From: a bacterium | GTDB lineage: Bacteria > Patescibacteriota > Andersenbacteria > UBA10190 > CAIZMI01 | Assembly (NCBI GenBank): GCA_030647555.1 | Contig: JAUSJG010000004.1 | Location: 36,661 to 100,660, forward strand | Length of the DNA: 64,000 nt | Reading direction: 5' to 3' | Shown: positions 20,656-30,989 of the stretch, one piece after another | Numbering within the stretch: position 1 is the stretch's first letter | Layout: each line of letters opens with the position of its first letter | Notes under the pieces: model-generated | Databases searched by the model: none | What the model saw: the letters and a program-made list of their open reading frames with translations, nothing else | Told to the model about the DNA's origin: nothing | Position numbers and translations under genes: made by a program

Positions 20656-21915
20656 ATGGAATACGCCTTTTTTCTTGGAAGCAACCCCGGTCTATCGGCC
20701 GTTGAGGTTCACGACTATTTTAAACGCATAAAAATTGTGGCGGATTTTGATTTAACTCGCCTGCCAAAATATTTAATAGTAAAAACCGATGAAACATTGA
20801 AGTGTCAGGCGATTATTGACGGTTTGGGCGGTACGCCGATGATCGCGCAAATAATCGGGGAATTGCCGGATTTGTCCGCCGAAACAATTATTGAAAAAAC
20901 CGGTTTGGAGAGTCGATTTTCGGAAGGACAAAAACCAATTTTCTCAATTTCTTTTGAAACACTTGGTACTTCCCTGCCCGCCTCAAAAAGTCCGCGTGAA
21001 ATTAGAACATTGGGGATAGAAATAAAAAAACTATTGAATAAAAAAGGTTGTCGTGTGGTGGTTCCGCAAATTGGAACTTCATTGAGCACCGCGCAATTAT
21101 TTAATTCAGGCGTGCCGTTTAAGGCGGTTGGTATCCACATTATTGAGCTTGAAAGTGGTCGCTATGTCGCGATGATCGTTACCGCCGTGCAAGATATTGA
21201 TTTTTACACGCGCCGTGATCGAGAGCGTCCGGAAGCCGATCCGGGCAAAGGAATGTTGCCTGTTAAACTTGCGCAAATTTTTATTAATTTTACACAAGCG
21301 GAAATCGGTTCAAAAATATATGATCCGTTTTGTGGCGCGGGTACGATTGTCGCCGAGGCCATGTTACAAGGTTTTAATGTAATAGCTACAGATATTTCTC
21401 TAAGACAAGTTGAACGCACAAAAATTAATACCGATTGGTTAAAAAACACATTTCCTAATTTAGTTGATCCGAGAAAAAACATTGTCGTTATGGCGCAAGA
21501 TATCGAAAAACCGTTACGTGAGATCGAAAACAATTCGATTGACGCGATTGCTTCCGAGGGCTGGCTAGGGCCGGCTACCAACCACGAGTTATCGGCCTTC
21601 GAGATTGAAAATGTTTTCGTGAGAACCCAACAACTGCTTTATGCCCTGCTTGCCAATGTCAGTAGCGCGCTCAAAAGTGGGGCCACAGTGGTTGTGGCAC
21701 TCCCCGCTTTTCGCGTCGATAAACGCATCGTAAGAGCGCCGTTTATGCAAGAAGAATTGCGAAAATTTTTACCAAAGGGCTACAAAGTTGAAAGCCTTGT
21801 CCCGGAAGGTTGGACAAATCCTGCCTTTCGCGACGCCGGTCAAGGAATGATGTTGTATGGTCGCCCAGACGCGGTGATTCTTAGGGATATTGTGCGAATA
21901 AGAAAAACAAATTAG
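20656..21915 (+). CDS. class I SAM-dependent RNA methyltransferase (UPF0020/Trm11-like)
   Basis: Motif I KIYDPFCGAGTIVAEA; N-terminal THUMP-like region. Confidence 0.55.
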   Translation: MEYAFFLGSNPGLSAVEVHDYFKRIKIVADFDLTRLPKYLIVKTDETLKCQAIIDGLGGTPMIAQIIGELPDLSAETIIEKTGLESRFSEGQKPIFSISFETLGTSLPASKSPREIRTLGIEIKKLLNKKGCRVVVPQIGTSLSTAQLFNSGVPFKAVGIHIIELESGRYVAMIVTAVQDIDFYTRRDRERPEADPGKGMLPVKLAQIFINFTQAEIGSKIYDPFCGAGTIVAEAMLQGFNVIATDISLRQVERTKINTDWLKNTFPNLVDPRKNIVVMAQDIEKPLREIENNSIDAIASEGWLGPATNHELSAFEIENVFVRTQQLLYALLANVSSALKSGATVVVALPAFRVDKRIVRAPFMQEELRKFLPKGYKVESLVPEGWTNPAFRDAGQGMMLYGRPDAVILRDIVRIRKTN

Positions 21916-22016
21916 CAAAGTATCACCTCGGAGGTGGTGCCTCAGCACCTCCTGCGAGGTGGTTTTGGGTTTGCGCTTAGAGCCTGGTAATAACATCGTT
22001 ATCTTACCACTTATGG

Positions 22017-22589
22017 ATGTGGCTGATTAATAATCACAGGGACATTGTTCACATACCAATGAGTATGTTAATATATAATCACATTATGGATAAGATATTA
22101 AATCACTCAATAGACGAGAGGGTATATAAAAGCGCAGTACTTTACTTCATAAAGTACTGCAACAATCAGTATTTGCACGCGACAAAACTGAACAAGCTTT
22201 TGTATTACCTTGATTTTATCTACTATCGCGATCACAAAAAATCCGTCACGGGCGACACCTATATTCACCAAGGTTACGGCCCAGTTCCGGCGCGAATAGA
22301 TGAAATACTCGCCAGTTTGAAAAATGAAGGAGTGATAGAAACGGAAGCGGTTGCTCACAATGACGCGGAAATGATTAATTTCACCGTCAAAAACGAGGCG
22401 AAATTCGACGAAGCGGTTTTTACGCCCGATCAAAAAAAACTTCTAAAACAAATTTGCGATCAGTTTGGCGGTTGGCCGACGGAAAAAATAGTCGCACAAA
22501 CGCACCTTGAAGCGCCTTGGTTTTATTCCAAACCCTACGAAATCGTGGACTATTCTTACGCGCGCGATATAGATTTTTTTCGAGAGTAA
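22017..22589 (+). CDS. Panacea (DUF4065)-domain antitoxin-like protein
   Basis: KLNKLLYYLDFIYYRDHKKSVTGDTYIHQGYGPVPARIDE matches the DUF4065/Panacea core (KLqKLLYY ... YGPV); likely start at MDKIL (~22088). Confidence 0.55.
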   Translation: MWLINNHRDIVHIPMSMLIYNHIMDKILNHSIDERVYKSAVLYFIKYCNNQYLHATKLNKLLYYLDFIYYRDHKKSVTGDTYIHQGYGPVPARIDEILASLKNEGVIETEAVAHNDAEMINFTVKNEAKFDEAVFTPDQKKLLKQICDQFGGWPTEKIVAQTHLEAPWFYSKPYEIVDYSYARDIDFFRE

Positions 22590-22598
22590 CATCGAATT

Positions 22599-22985
22599 AT
22601 GGCTTGGGTGTATGTGGAACGGGAAAACTTTGTTCGGATGTGCGAAAAGGCGGGCATTTCAATCGTAGTACGAACGGCGATTAAAACTTGGGCGCCGAGC
22701 GTAAGCAACCTATATCAGTTGGCTCGACAAAAACTGATTTATCGTTCTCCTAAAAATCGTTATGAAATTTGGGCGGCGGGAATCCCAAATCCGGACAGTA
22801 ATAGAGGCAAAAGTGGCGGTTATCGCGTCGTCTATTTTTTTGATTTAACCGAAAAAACAATCAATCTGGACTTCATAGAGGAAAGAAAAGAACTCGGCTT
22901 CAAAAACGAAGGCCAAGCAAAAAAGAATCGCTACACCGATTACGTCAACCAACTGAAAATTTCTCTAAAAAAATTGGATGTTTAG
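22599..22985 (+). CDS. RelE/HigB (Gp49-like) family toxin-like protein
   Basis: GKSGGYRVVYFFDLTEKTINLDFIEERKE resembles the G.GYRV.Y core of HigB/Gp49-family toxins; lies 9 bp downstream of the Panacea gene. Confidence 0.5.
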   Translation: MAWVYVERENFVRMCEKAGISIVVRTAIKTWAPSVSNLYQLARQKLIYRSPKNRYEIWAAGIPNPDSNRGKSGGYRVVYFFDLTEKTINLDFIEERKELGFKNEGQAKKNRYTDYVNQLKISLKKLDV

Positions 22986-23117
22986 CGTCCCTGCTCCTCA
23001 AAAGCTGTTAGCAGTTCATTCATATCCAGTTCTCGTCCCTCTTTTTCCGCCAAAGCCATAGCCCGACAAATAGCGCAGTCGTCGCAAGGCTCAAGGCCGG
23101 CTTCGGAAGCAACCTGT

Positions 23118-26100
23118 TTACTTTCCTTTTTTATCTTTTTTGACATGGGTTTTTGTTACTTTCCTTTTCTTCGGTTTTGACGTCCAGTATTTGCCGGGGT
23201 TTTTATCTCTTAGTTTTTTTATAATATCCTGTGCGTCTTTATCGGTGGCCACGTATTGCTTGATAATCTCCACCAGTTTATCGCTTTCGTGAAGTTCCAA
23301 ATCTCTCGGAAAAGAAAAGAATATTTTTACGGCTTCCATAAACTTATCTTTTCCAAAATTGTCGTGCAACAGTTCCAATATCCTCGAATGATACTGAGCC
23401 GGGTACCAATAAACATTTGCCAAGTTGCCGATTTCCGCTTGTTTTTCATAAAATCCTTTTTCTACTTCAAAACACTTGATCAGCAATTGATACCACTTTT
23501 GCGCATCTTTTTGAGGCTTACTAAATTCCCGCTCCATGGTTTGATAAATGACATTAAAAATATTGCGAGCATAAATGTCAGAAAGCAATTCAAAATATTC
23601 CAAAGCAAGCTCTGTGTTTTTCGGCATTTCTTCGGGCGATCCTTCCCGCAAAGCGTGTTCGACGGATGACGCGAATCTGAAACAACTGTCAGGATCTTCT
23701 TTTTGCATTTCCTTTATGGTTTCAATCAGGATTGTTTTGAACTTTCTCTGATCATATTTCTCCGGTCCGAGATCGTCATATAAACCAGGCATGCCAAACC
23801 GCCAATTAACATATTTATTCTTTCTAAACTCTGCGTAGTAAATAAACAACGGCGCAGCTTCTTTTTTGATGTCAGCCGACAGGTTTGCTATGGCGGTCAC
23901 GAACCTTAAAGAATCCTTCTCATTCAATGCCCTGATGGGGTCAAAAACGTGCAACACGCTCTTGATTAACGATTTTTGAACCGGCGGTGGCCACGCAATG
24001 AATTTATCCAGCAAATCAAATGCAACACTTTCAATTTCTTTTGACATTCGTAGTGCCCTTTCCCTGTCGTCGTTCAAAAACAGAAGCTCTCTGTTTTCCG
24101 GCAACACGGTCAGCCGGTTGCGAGCCAGTTGGCCAAGTGGTAGGGTGGCCATTTGTATTACGTAATAATTCGGGTCGTTAACCAACTTCTTCGTCAGTTC
24201 AATCACTTCGGCCACTTGTCCTCGCCCCGAAAGTACGGCGCATTTCGTCAGCACCCACCCGCACCAACCGCGAACCGAAGCAATTGCGTTCGATTCCTTA
24301 CCTTCCAGAATACTTTTGTGTTCACTGTATTTATCTTCCGGATCGCGCGGATCTTTGCCGAGCGAATACGGGTCTGGGTCGTCGATAAAAATACGAATAA
24401 TTTTTAATGCCTCGACTATTTTTTTCTTGGTCGCCAGCCTTGCCGCGAATTGAACGAAGGCCTCGCGACAACTGGCGTTAGTCAGCCACTTGGATATTTC
24501 AGCTACATTGTCGCCGTGTTTTTTTAAGAACGGAACGACAACCTCTTTGTAAATTTTCAGTAGCAATTCTTCGTCATCGGAGTCATCGTTTCCCAAGTGA
24601 TTAAACAAAGCGTAGGAATAAATAATTTGCTGATCTTCACTGGGTTTTACCTCGTTTTCCAACAAACGAATTATCGACAAGCCGGCGACATAATCTTTTC
24701 TGATTATTTCATTCAACAGAGAGGCTACGGTATAAGCGCCAAAATGATCACTTTTTTCTTTTTTGATATAGTCGCTTGCAATAAAGGTTGTAAACAATTC
24801 AACGGCAAGTTTCAAATCAGTTTCCAGCAGTGTCTTAATGCCTGACACAACTTCGAAATCAAACATAAAACGCTCGTAATACTTTGGGTTAGAGTACCAT
24901 TTTCGCATCGTTTGTTTGGCTTGCAGAAAACCATTTTTGGCCAAATCGGTCACAATCCGTTCAACAAAGGGATTAACCGGAATGCCGTATTTTTTAACAG
25001 TCAGTTCAACCAACTTCCATTTTTTGCCGTCGGACAGAGCAATGTTGCCGGCAGACCAATAGATCAGTTCGGATTTGTGCGGAATGCCTTTTTTTAAAAG
25101 AATAAATTCTTTTAAAATCTCAAAAGCCTCGTTGGAAACATTTTCGTCCGTGTTCACATATCGGTTTATGACTATTTCACAAACCGCGCGGTTTAAAAAA
25201 TCAGGCTTGTACTTGTTTACCTCGTGTGGCATTGAGATACAACGCTCTTTGATAAATTGCCAACCCTTGGCTTTATCCTTTTCGTAATATTGATTAATGG
25301 CCGGTGTAAGAATGAAAGACACAAAATGCCGTTCATTAATGGCATATTGGCCGGAATCATAAGAAATTCCGCCACCCATATATTCCCACCCTTTGAAGTT
25401 CATTTTGCTTTTGAATTTTTCATAATATTTTTGGTATTGGGCACTCGCCATTTTTACAAATTCGTCAAACCGGCCTTCGAAATCTTCATTTAGCCATTCA
25501 CGCAATATCTCGTAAACGTCGCGGGGGGCGTGGTGGATAAATTCTCCTTCGTCTTGCGTGATATTAAACGCGGAGGCGATTAAATCAATAACTTTTTGTT
25601 TCAGGTTGCCTTCCGTGTCGCGCTCGTATATTTTTCGCGCAAGCTTGCAAATTTCTTCTTTTTCCCATTCGCCGTGTTCGTTTCCGGTATCTTTGAGATA
25701 GAAAAAATCATTTTCATTAAACATAATCAGGTCTTTCGCTATAATGAACGCGTCGTCCAGATATTCTGCACCATCCTCCCCTTCGATAATCTTTTTAACT
25801 ATCCTCACAATATCCACGTTAAAATAATCGGTTCGATAAAAACCACGAATCATTTTTGTGTATTTTTTAATATAGCTCAATATATACTTTCGATTTTTGT
25901 CTGTATGTAAATTGTTTTCGAAAATATAAAAGATTCCGAAGTTAAATGCATAGATCCTATTTAATTTCCAAACAGGATCCCAGTTTTTTAGAACCAACTC
26001 GTTATGTTTATTTTCCAGCCTATCTTTCGCAAACTTTAATCGTTCATAATCGGTTGAAAATGCAGAAAGCTCTTTTGGCACTTGCCATATACCATGGTTC

Positions 26101-26840
26101 GGATTACTTAATGCTCTTTCGAGTTCCCAGAATTGTTGCTCCCTTTTGCTTAGTTGCTCGTTGTAATAAACACTATTTTGCCTTGTTTCAACAGCAATGT
26201 TATTTATTTCTTTCAGAATATCTATTCGGGAATATGTGTCACCGACAGCCGACCCGATATAAATTTTTTGCACAAGGATGCTATCTGAGATTCTTTTAAT
26301 GTCTTCTTCCGATAACCAAAAGTTTAACAGATCGGTAAAAAGGGAATAAATTGTTTTTTGTATAAATCCAGATTTTATATGCCAAAACCTAACCCTAGGA
26401 AGTAAACTAATCATTGCCGCGGAATACCCTTTTTCCTTAAATTGATCTTTTACACCATCCCAATAACGAGAATTTTCAACGCGGGAAATTAATTCTGTAT
26501 TAACATTAGTGCAAACGATCAGTATCTCGTCGGCGTCTGCGACTTCTTTGCTTGCTACCACCTTAGTCAGAAACTCTTTTAAATGTGCGTAATTAAAAGG
26601 CTTTTTTCTATCTTTTGATTCACAAATTATTCTTTTACCATCATTAAAAACTAGATTGAAATCTTCAAACCCCTGGGCTTCAAGGTGAATATGTGAAAAA
26701 TTTGGATCGCGTAAAAACTGCAGAAATAACGACATGGCAGCCCATGCCTGTGTATTAATTCCTTTATAGTTGCTTTGTCCTGCTCTGCCCATAAGATTAT
26801 TTAAACTCAAGGTAAAAATGAATTCCATTGTCCGACCCAA
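23118..26840 (-). CDS. 1240-aa alpha-helical protein with N-terminal PD-(D/E)xK / Cap4(DUF4297)-like nuclease-like domain; defence-island component
   Basis: N-terminus GRAGQSNYKGINTQAWAAMSLFLQFL ... EDFNLVF ... ICESKDRKK fits a D...E.K nuclease signature; no Walker A anywhere; Lys-rich C-terminal tail; start overlaps the upstream gene by 44 bp. Confidence 0.5.
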   Translation of the reverse strand: MGRTMEFIFTLSLNNLMGRAGQSNYKGINTQAWAAMSLFLQFLRDPNFSHIHLEAQGFEDFNLVFNDGKRIICESKDRKKPFNYAHLKEFLTKVVASKEVADADEILIVCTNVNTELISRVENSRYWDGVKDQFKEKGYSAAMISLLPRVRFWHIKSGFIQKTIYSLFTDLLNFWLSEEDIKRISDSILVQKIYIGSAVGDTYSRIDILKEINNIAVETRQNSVYYNEQLSKREQQFWELERALSNPNHGIWQVPKELSAFSTDYERLKFAKDRLENKHNELVLKNWDPVWKLNRIYAFNFGIFYIFENNLHTDKNRKYILSYIKKYTKMIRGFYRTDYFNVDIVRIVKKIIEGEDGAEYLDDAFIIAKDLIMFNENDFFYLKDTGNEHGEWEKEEICKLARKIYERDTEGNLKQKVIDLIASAFNITQDEGEFIHHAPRDVYEILREWLNEDFEGRFDEFVKMASAQYQKYYEKFKSKMNFKGWEYMGGGISYDSGQYAINERHFVSFILTPAINQYYEKDKAKGWQFIKERCISMPHEVNKYKPDFLNRAVCEIVINRYVNTDENVSNEAFEILKEFILLKKGIPHKSELIYWSAGNIALSDGKKWKLVELTVKKYGIPVNPFVERIVTDLAKNGFLQAKQTMRKWYSNPKYYERFMFDFEVVSGIKTLLETDLKLAVELFTTFIASDYIKKEKSDHFGAYTVASLLNEIIRKDYVAGLSIIRLLENEVKPSEDQQIIYSYALFNHLGNDDSDDEELLLKIYKEVVVPFLKKHGDNVAEISKWLTNASCREAFVQFAARLATKKKIVEALKIIRIFIDDPDPYSLGKDPRDPEDKYSEHKSILEGKESNAIASVRGWCGWVLTKCAVLSGRGQVAEVIELTKKLVNDPNYYVIQMATLPLGQLARNRLTVLPENRELLFLNDDRERALRMSKEIESVAFDLLDKFIAWPPPVQKSLIKSVLHVFDPIRALNEKDSLRFVTAIANLSADIKKEAAPLFIYYAEFRKNKYVNWRFGMPGLYDDLGPEKYDQRKFKTILIETIKEMQKEDPDSCFRFASSVEHALREGSPEEMPKNTELALEYFELLSDIYARNIFNVIYQTMEREFSKPQKDAQKWYQLLIKCFEVEKGFYEKQAEIGNLANVYWYPAQYHSRILELLHDNFGKDKFMEAVKIFFSFPRDLELHESDKLVEIIKQYVATDKDAQDIIKKLRDKNPGKYWTSKPKKRKVTKTHVKKDKKGK

Positions 26841-27885
26841 AATCCGATGCGGTCAATTCTCTTATTGGCAAACTGGCTAAAAGTAAATGCCTGGGTGGAC
26901 ATACAAAGGAAACGATTCCCTGCGGATGCGAAAGACAGAAATCTTTTATACTGGCAAATAAGCAACGTCCAGCTGGGTCTATTTTTTTGAACAGATTAAT
27001 TAAATCAGCTTTTTTTCCATCAACTATTTTCGAATATTGCTTTTTATTGAAAATTTTACTCTCTCCGATTGACGTTTTTTCTACAGTTTCAAGTTCGGGA
27101 GATGTCCCCGTGCTAAGAAAATCATTCTTTGTTGGAGTAATAACATATGGATAAGTATTAATTGAAAGCGCAACCACCTCATTTCTAGAAAAAGTATACT
27201 GTTGAGTATTTATGCCAAAAACAAAGTTGGGAGGGGTGCCTGGGTTAGTAAGACGAATTTCCTCAATTTTTATATGTAAAACATCGTCAACTAATAAACT
27301 GTGTTTTGCCTCCCTCTCTCTTACATAAGAACGTCTATGTAGATAACCATCGACCGATTCTTTTTCTAATTCTTTTTGGATTACTGATATTATTTCATTG
27401 TGTTTAGTTTTATCACTATTTGATGCATTGGGAAAAATCTCGTTTGCATCGATAATATTTAAATGAGGGATTTTATCCTTCAAGAAATCAAAATCCCATA
27501 TACTAATTTTGAAAGGAAATTTGTTTATAACATTTAAACTTGTTAACCTTTCGGAAAATATTGTATTACTTTTATATCTTTTATGAGGGATAAAAATACA
27601 ATATACATCCGGGTAATAGCTACTCCCCATAGACATTAGCTCTAAAATCTTATCGCTAAAATCAGATAGCTCTACTTCTAAAACATCGCTATAATTATGA
27701 TTGTGTTTTTGGCGATTGAGATCTTTACATTCGAATTTCCAAAAATATTCCTTTCCTTGTATTTTAAAATTAGCATAGGCATCATACCCATTCTGTAGTC
27801 CTGAACGATTAGGCCAATATAAGGGCGTGAAAAGGTTCCTCATTATATTCGCCAAGTTATTTTCTAATTGTTGACCCTTGCTCAT
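26797..27885 (-). CDS. restriction-endonuclease-like protein (PD-(D/E)xK-like N-terminus)
   Basis: GYDAYANFKIQGKEYFWKFECKDL fits a D..(E)xK pattern; its ATG overlaps the MTase stop by 4 bp. Confidence 0.4.
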   Translation of the reverse strand: MSKGQQLENNLANIMRNLFTPLYWPNRSGLQNGYDAYANFKIQGKEYFWKFECKDLNRQKHNHNYSDVLEVELSDFSDKILELMSMGSSYYPDVYCIFIPHKRYKSNTIFSERLTSLNVINKFPFKISIWDFDFLKDKIPHLNIIDANEIFPNASNSDKTKHNEIISVIQKELEKESVDGYLHRRSYVREREAKHSLLVDDVLHIKIEEIRLTNPGTPPNFVFGINTQQYTFSRNEVVALSINTYPYVITPTKNDFLSTGTSPELETVEKTSIGESKIFNKKQYSKIVDGKKADLINLFKKIDPAGRCLFASIKDFCLSHPQGIVSFVCPPRHLLLASLPIRELTASDFGSDNGIHFYLEFK

Positions 27886-30800
27886 ATATTTACTTTTTCA
27901 TTGCCCTCAACAATTTTTATTTCCTCATTTGTTAAGTCGTAGAGACTATACACCAACGCATCTATTTGGCGTTCAAAGTCCTGGATCTTAGCTTGTTTTT
28001 CGGCGTTTACTAAATAGTCGTTAGATTGAATCACCTTTTGTATATTGTCTTCGAGAGCAATAAAATCAAGTTGAATATTATTCTCAAGTACTGCCTGCGG
28101 AATGGGTATTTGCTGGATGTAAAAGTCATACAAGTGCATTGTTCTTATTGCCCGTGCGTAGATGAAATTGTATGCATACCAATTTACAAAGCTGGAATTA
28201 AGATAAGAAAGCCAAAATTTTGACGACAATTTATCATCTAACGCAAAAGACATCAGCGTGTTAGTGATAATTATTCCTTCGGCATCATAGCAAGCTGTTA
28301 ACTTTATATGTGGCTTTGGATTATCAATATGTGCAACTAAAACTTGCGCTATAACTTTTGGTTTTAAAAATTTTTTGGCTGAATCCCAATTCAATTTTGA
28401 TTTATTTTTTAACCACCTATTAGATTTTATTTTCCATCGAGCGATATCTATGCCCTTTAAAAGTTTATAATCGGTTTGTTTATCAGAGAAAAAGTCTGTT
28501 CCAATAGCAAGACCCAATCTCCCCTTAACAAGGTGTTCGTTTGTTTTTGCGTCCTGAATTTTTTGCCAAAGCGTTTTAGAGATAAGCAATTTATAGATTT
28601 GGGCTGTACCATTTTCCGCAAATATTTCGGCCTTATGTCCTGATGCAAACTCAAAAACAACATCGTTCTTATTCAAATAAGAACATCTCACTTTATCATT
28701 AGAGCTGTTTTTCACTAAACCAAAAGCATTAGCCTCAAGTAACACTTCGTCAAACGCCTTACTTGAGTCAAGCAAAAACCTAAGATTATATTTCAACCAA
28801 TACTCTTTCCTGAATCCATCCCACGCATCACCATACAGTGATTTCTTGGGGATTATGAAAGTTAAAATACCGTTCGGTCTAACTAAATTGTTAAATGATT
28901 TTTTACAAAATAATTCAGCACTGTCACCACTACTAAACTCAATATTTTCTATTTTTCGATAATATGTTTTTTGTTCTGAAGTCAAAACATTTCTAAAACC
29001 ATACGGCGGATTTCCGATTACCACGTCAAATCCTTCTTTAATGCCGAACATAAACAACGGATCGAAAAATTCGGCACTGGAGTCGGAATTAAACGGATCG
29101 TAGGACAATAATTGTTCCTGTCGTTTTGATTTTTTGGTTTTTATTATTGACCCTTTGCCATTACCTTTTAATAAATCCGCAAAATCTTGCTTCATTTTTT
29201 CCTTAATATTCCGACTGCTGGAGGTGAAATAACGATCCCTAATCGTCCGCATTTTTTCTTCCAGCTTATCGTGATCCCAAATAGAAGTTTGGCCGTTGGG
29301 CGCCAAGGGAATTAAGCTGTTGGCGCAAACAAATTTAAATTCCAAATTTGGCAACGGATCAATACCCATATTCTGCCTATCCGGCAAAATCGGCTCGTCT
29401 ACCACCAGTGAAAGCCAAGCGCGCAGGCGCGATATTTCCACCGCCATCGGCTCGATATCCACGCCGAAAATGTTTTTCTCAATAATTCCCAGTTTTGTTT
29501 TGTAACTATCAAACCGACTTTCAATGCGATCATAAACCGTGGAGATTAATTGCATCATCCCAATTGGAAATGCTCCGGAGCCACAAGCAGGATCGAGAAT
29601 TTTCATTTCATCCAACGCGGAGACCAATTTTGCTTTATAGGGAGCGATGTCGCGTCGATCATTTTTTGAGTCAAACTCGTGCTCTTTTTTATCTAACAAT
29701 AATGACAATAATTTTTCTTTGCGTTCATCTTCGCCCAGTTTTTCTGACAAAAACGCTCGCAAGCTTTCTTTGCACATATATTCCACAATTTCACGCGGTG
29801 TATAGAAAGCGCCTTTCGCTTTGCGCGCCTGCTTGCCGGTTTCGTCCGTAATTTCTGCGAGCAAGTTTTCAAAAATCCTGCCCAACATTTCCGGATCAAT
29901 TGCCACTTGCTGAAAATCGCTGGTAGATTCGTCGGTGGTGAAATGGTAGCCATTTAAGAAGGCATAGAACCGCTGGAAAAAATCGGCCGGAAAAGTGAGT
30001 AGAGGGTCGCCATTGAGATCAGAATCCTTCGGTTCAAATAAACCGCCGTTCAGAAATGGAGTTTTAGCGTCTGTTGGAAAAAGGGTTTTCGCGCCCTCCT
30101 TTTTTCCAAACAGCGTTGCGTCAATTTTGTCCGCGTTTTTTTCGCGCTCGTCCATTGGCGTATTAAGCGTGCGGAAAAATAGCAATTCGAGTTTTGAATG
30201 ATAATAATTGGTGGCATCCGTACTAGAAGCGTCAAAATAGCCATACTGCTCCGAAATTATCCCCTTTTTGCGGAGAAACCAGCAGAAAATCAATCGGCCA
30301 ATTAAGCGCGTGGCAAATTGCCGGCGATGATCGCCTGCCAGGATATTTTTGTTTTCCAAATGTTGGAGTAGCTCGGTAAAAAAGCGTGAGATTTCTTTGT
30401 AGAATTCTTTATTAAGCGGACGAATATCGAAGCTATCCCATAAAATGTGATGGACTTGCGCCTTATTGGTAAAATCAAAACTCTGGAGCCAGTGGTTAAA
30501 AATTGTTTTTTGGGTGTTGGATAGTTTTCCATCCAGTTCTAACGTGCGGATTTTATAGTTGTTGCTTAAAACAATAATCAGCTTGTCCGCTTTATCGGAT
30601 ACCACAAAATCAATCCCGACATTTTTATTCGCGTAAATTTTTTCATCCTCAAAATTCGGGGTTAAGGTAACCAGATTGGCAATTACTTTTTTTGACGGTT
30701 TTTGCGCCCAAAATAACTTAAAATCAATGCCGTAATCCTTCTCTGTTTCCAGTGCGTAACTGGCTTTTCGATCCGCGAATTCCGGCGCGTTTTTCACCCA

Positions 30801-30989
30801 GCCCGGGTGCGCTTTCAGTTGTTTAAATTGACGTAATGTTGGTGTTGCAGAGACCACACCGAGCATAGACACAATCTCTTTTGCCACGGAAAACACATCG
30901 TTTAGATTTCCGCTCTTCTTGGCGCTCTGAAGGGCGTCGTCAATTTTGGAAAAGACTTCGTCGGCGTGATTATTTATTTTCACGGGCAT
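27882..30989 (-). CDS. gamma-class N6-adenine DNA methyltransferase (Eco57I/MmeI/PglX-like), 1035 aa
   Basis: GAFYTPREIV (motif X), ILDPACGSGAFP (motif I, SAM-binding), VVIGNPPYG (motif IV); large C-terminal region is probably the target-recognition domain. Confidence 0.85.
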   Translation of the reverse strand: MPVKINNHADEVFSKIDDALQSAKKSGNLNDVFSVAKEIVSMLGVVSATPTLRQFKQLKAHPGWVKNAPEFADRKASYALETEKDYGIDFKLFWAQKPSKKVIANLVTLTPNFEDEKIYANKNVGIDFVVSDKADKLIIVLSNNYKIRTLELDGKLSNTQKTIFNHWLQSFDFTNKAQVHHILWDSFDIRPLNKEFYKEISRFFTELLQHLENKNILAGDHRRQFATRLIGRLIFCWFLRKKGIISEQYGYFDASSTDATNYYHSKLELLFFRTLNTPMDEREKNADKIDATLFGKKEGAKTLFPTDAKTPFLNGGLFEPKDSDLNGDPLLTFPADFFQRFYAFLNGYHFTTDESTSDFQQVAIDPEMLGRIFENLLAEITDETGKQARKAKGAFYTPREIVEYMCKESLRAFLSEKLGEDERKEKLLSLLLDKKEHEFDSKNDRRDIAPYKAKLVSALDEMKILDPACGSGAFPIGMMQLISTVYDRIESRFDSYKTKLGIIEKNIFGVDIEPMAVEISRLRAWLSLVVDEPILPDRQNMGIDPLPNLEFKFVCANSLIPLAPNGQTSIWDHDKLEEKMRTIRDRYFTSSSRNIKEKMKQDFADLLKGNGKGSIIKTKKSKRQEQLLSYDPFNSDSSAEFFDPLFMFGIKEGFDVVIGNPPYGFRNVLTSEQKTYYRKIENIEFSSGDSAELFCKKSFNNLVRPNGILTFIIPKKSLYGDAWDGFRKEYWLKYNLRFLLDSSKAFDEVLLEANAFGLVKNSSNDKVRCSYLNKNDVVFEFASGHKAEIFAENGTAQIYKLLISKTLWQKIQDAKTNEHLVKGRLGLAIGTDFFSDKQTDYKLLKGIDIARWKIKSNRWLKNKSKLNWDSAKKFLKPKVIAQVLVAHIDNPKPHIKLTACYDAEGIIITNTLMSFALDDKLSSKFWLSYLNSSFVNWYAYNFIYARAIRTMHLYDFYIQQIPIPQAVLENNIQLDFIALEDNIQKVIQSNDYLVNAEKQAKIQDFERQIDALVYSLYDLTNEEIKIVEGNEKVNI

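Noticed and set aside
22982-23146. 55-codon minus-strand ORF (MSKKIKKESKQVASEAGLEPCDDCAICRAMALAEKEGRELDMNELLTAFEEQGR) with a CxxC pair, overlapping the ends of the toxin gene and the 1240-aa gene
   Set aside because: It is below the ORF-track threshold, overlaps two better-supported genes in other frames, and has no SD or homology evidence. It is recorded only as a possibility.
23256-26299. Series of 60-140-aa plus-strand ORFs (23256-23669, 24153-24407, 24597-24845, 24912-25097, 25075-25287, 25257-25493, 25596-25910, 25946-26299) inside the 1240-aa gene
   Set aside because: All are antisense to one continuous 3.7-kb ORF and are low-complexity and F/I-rich. They are shadow ORFs.
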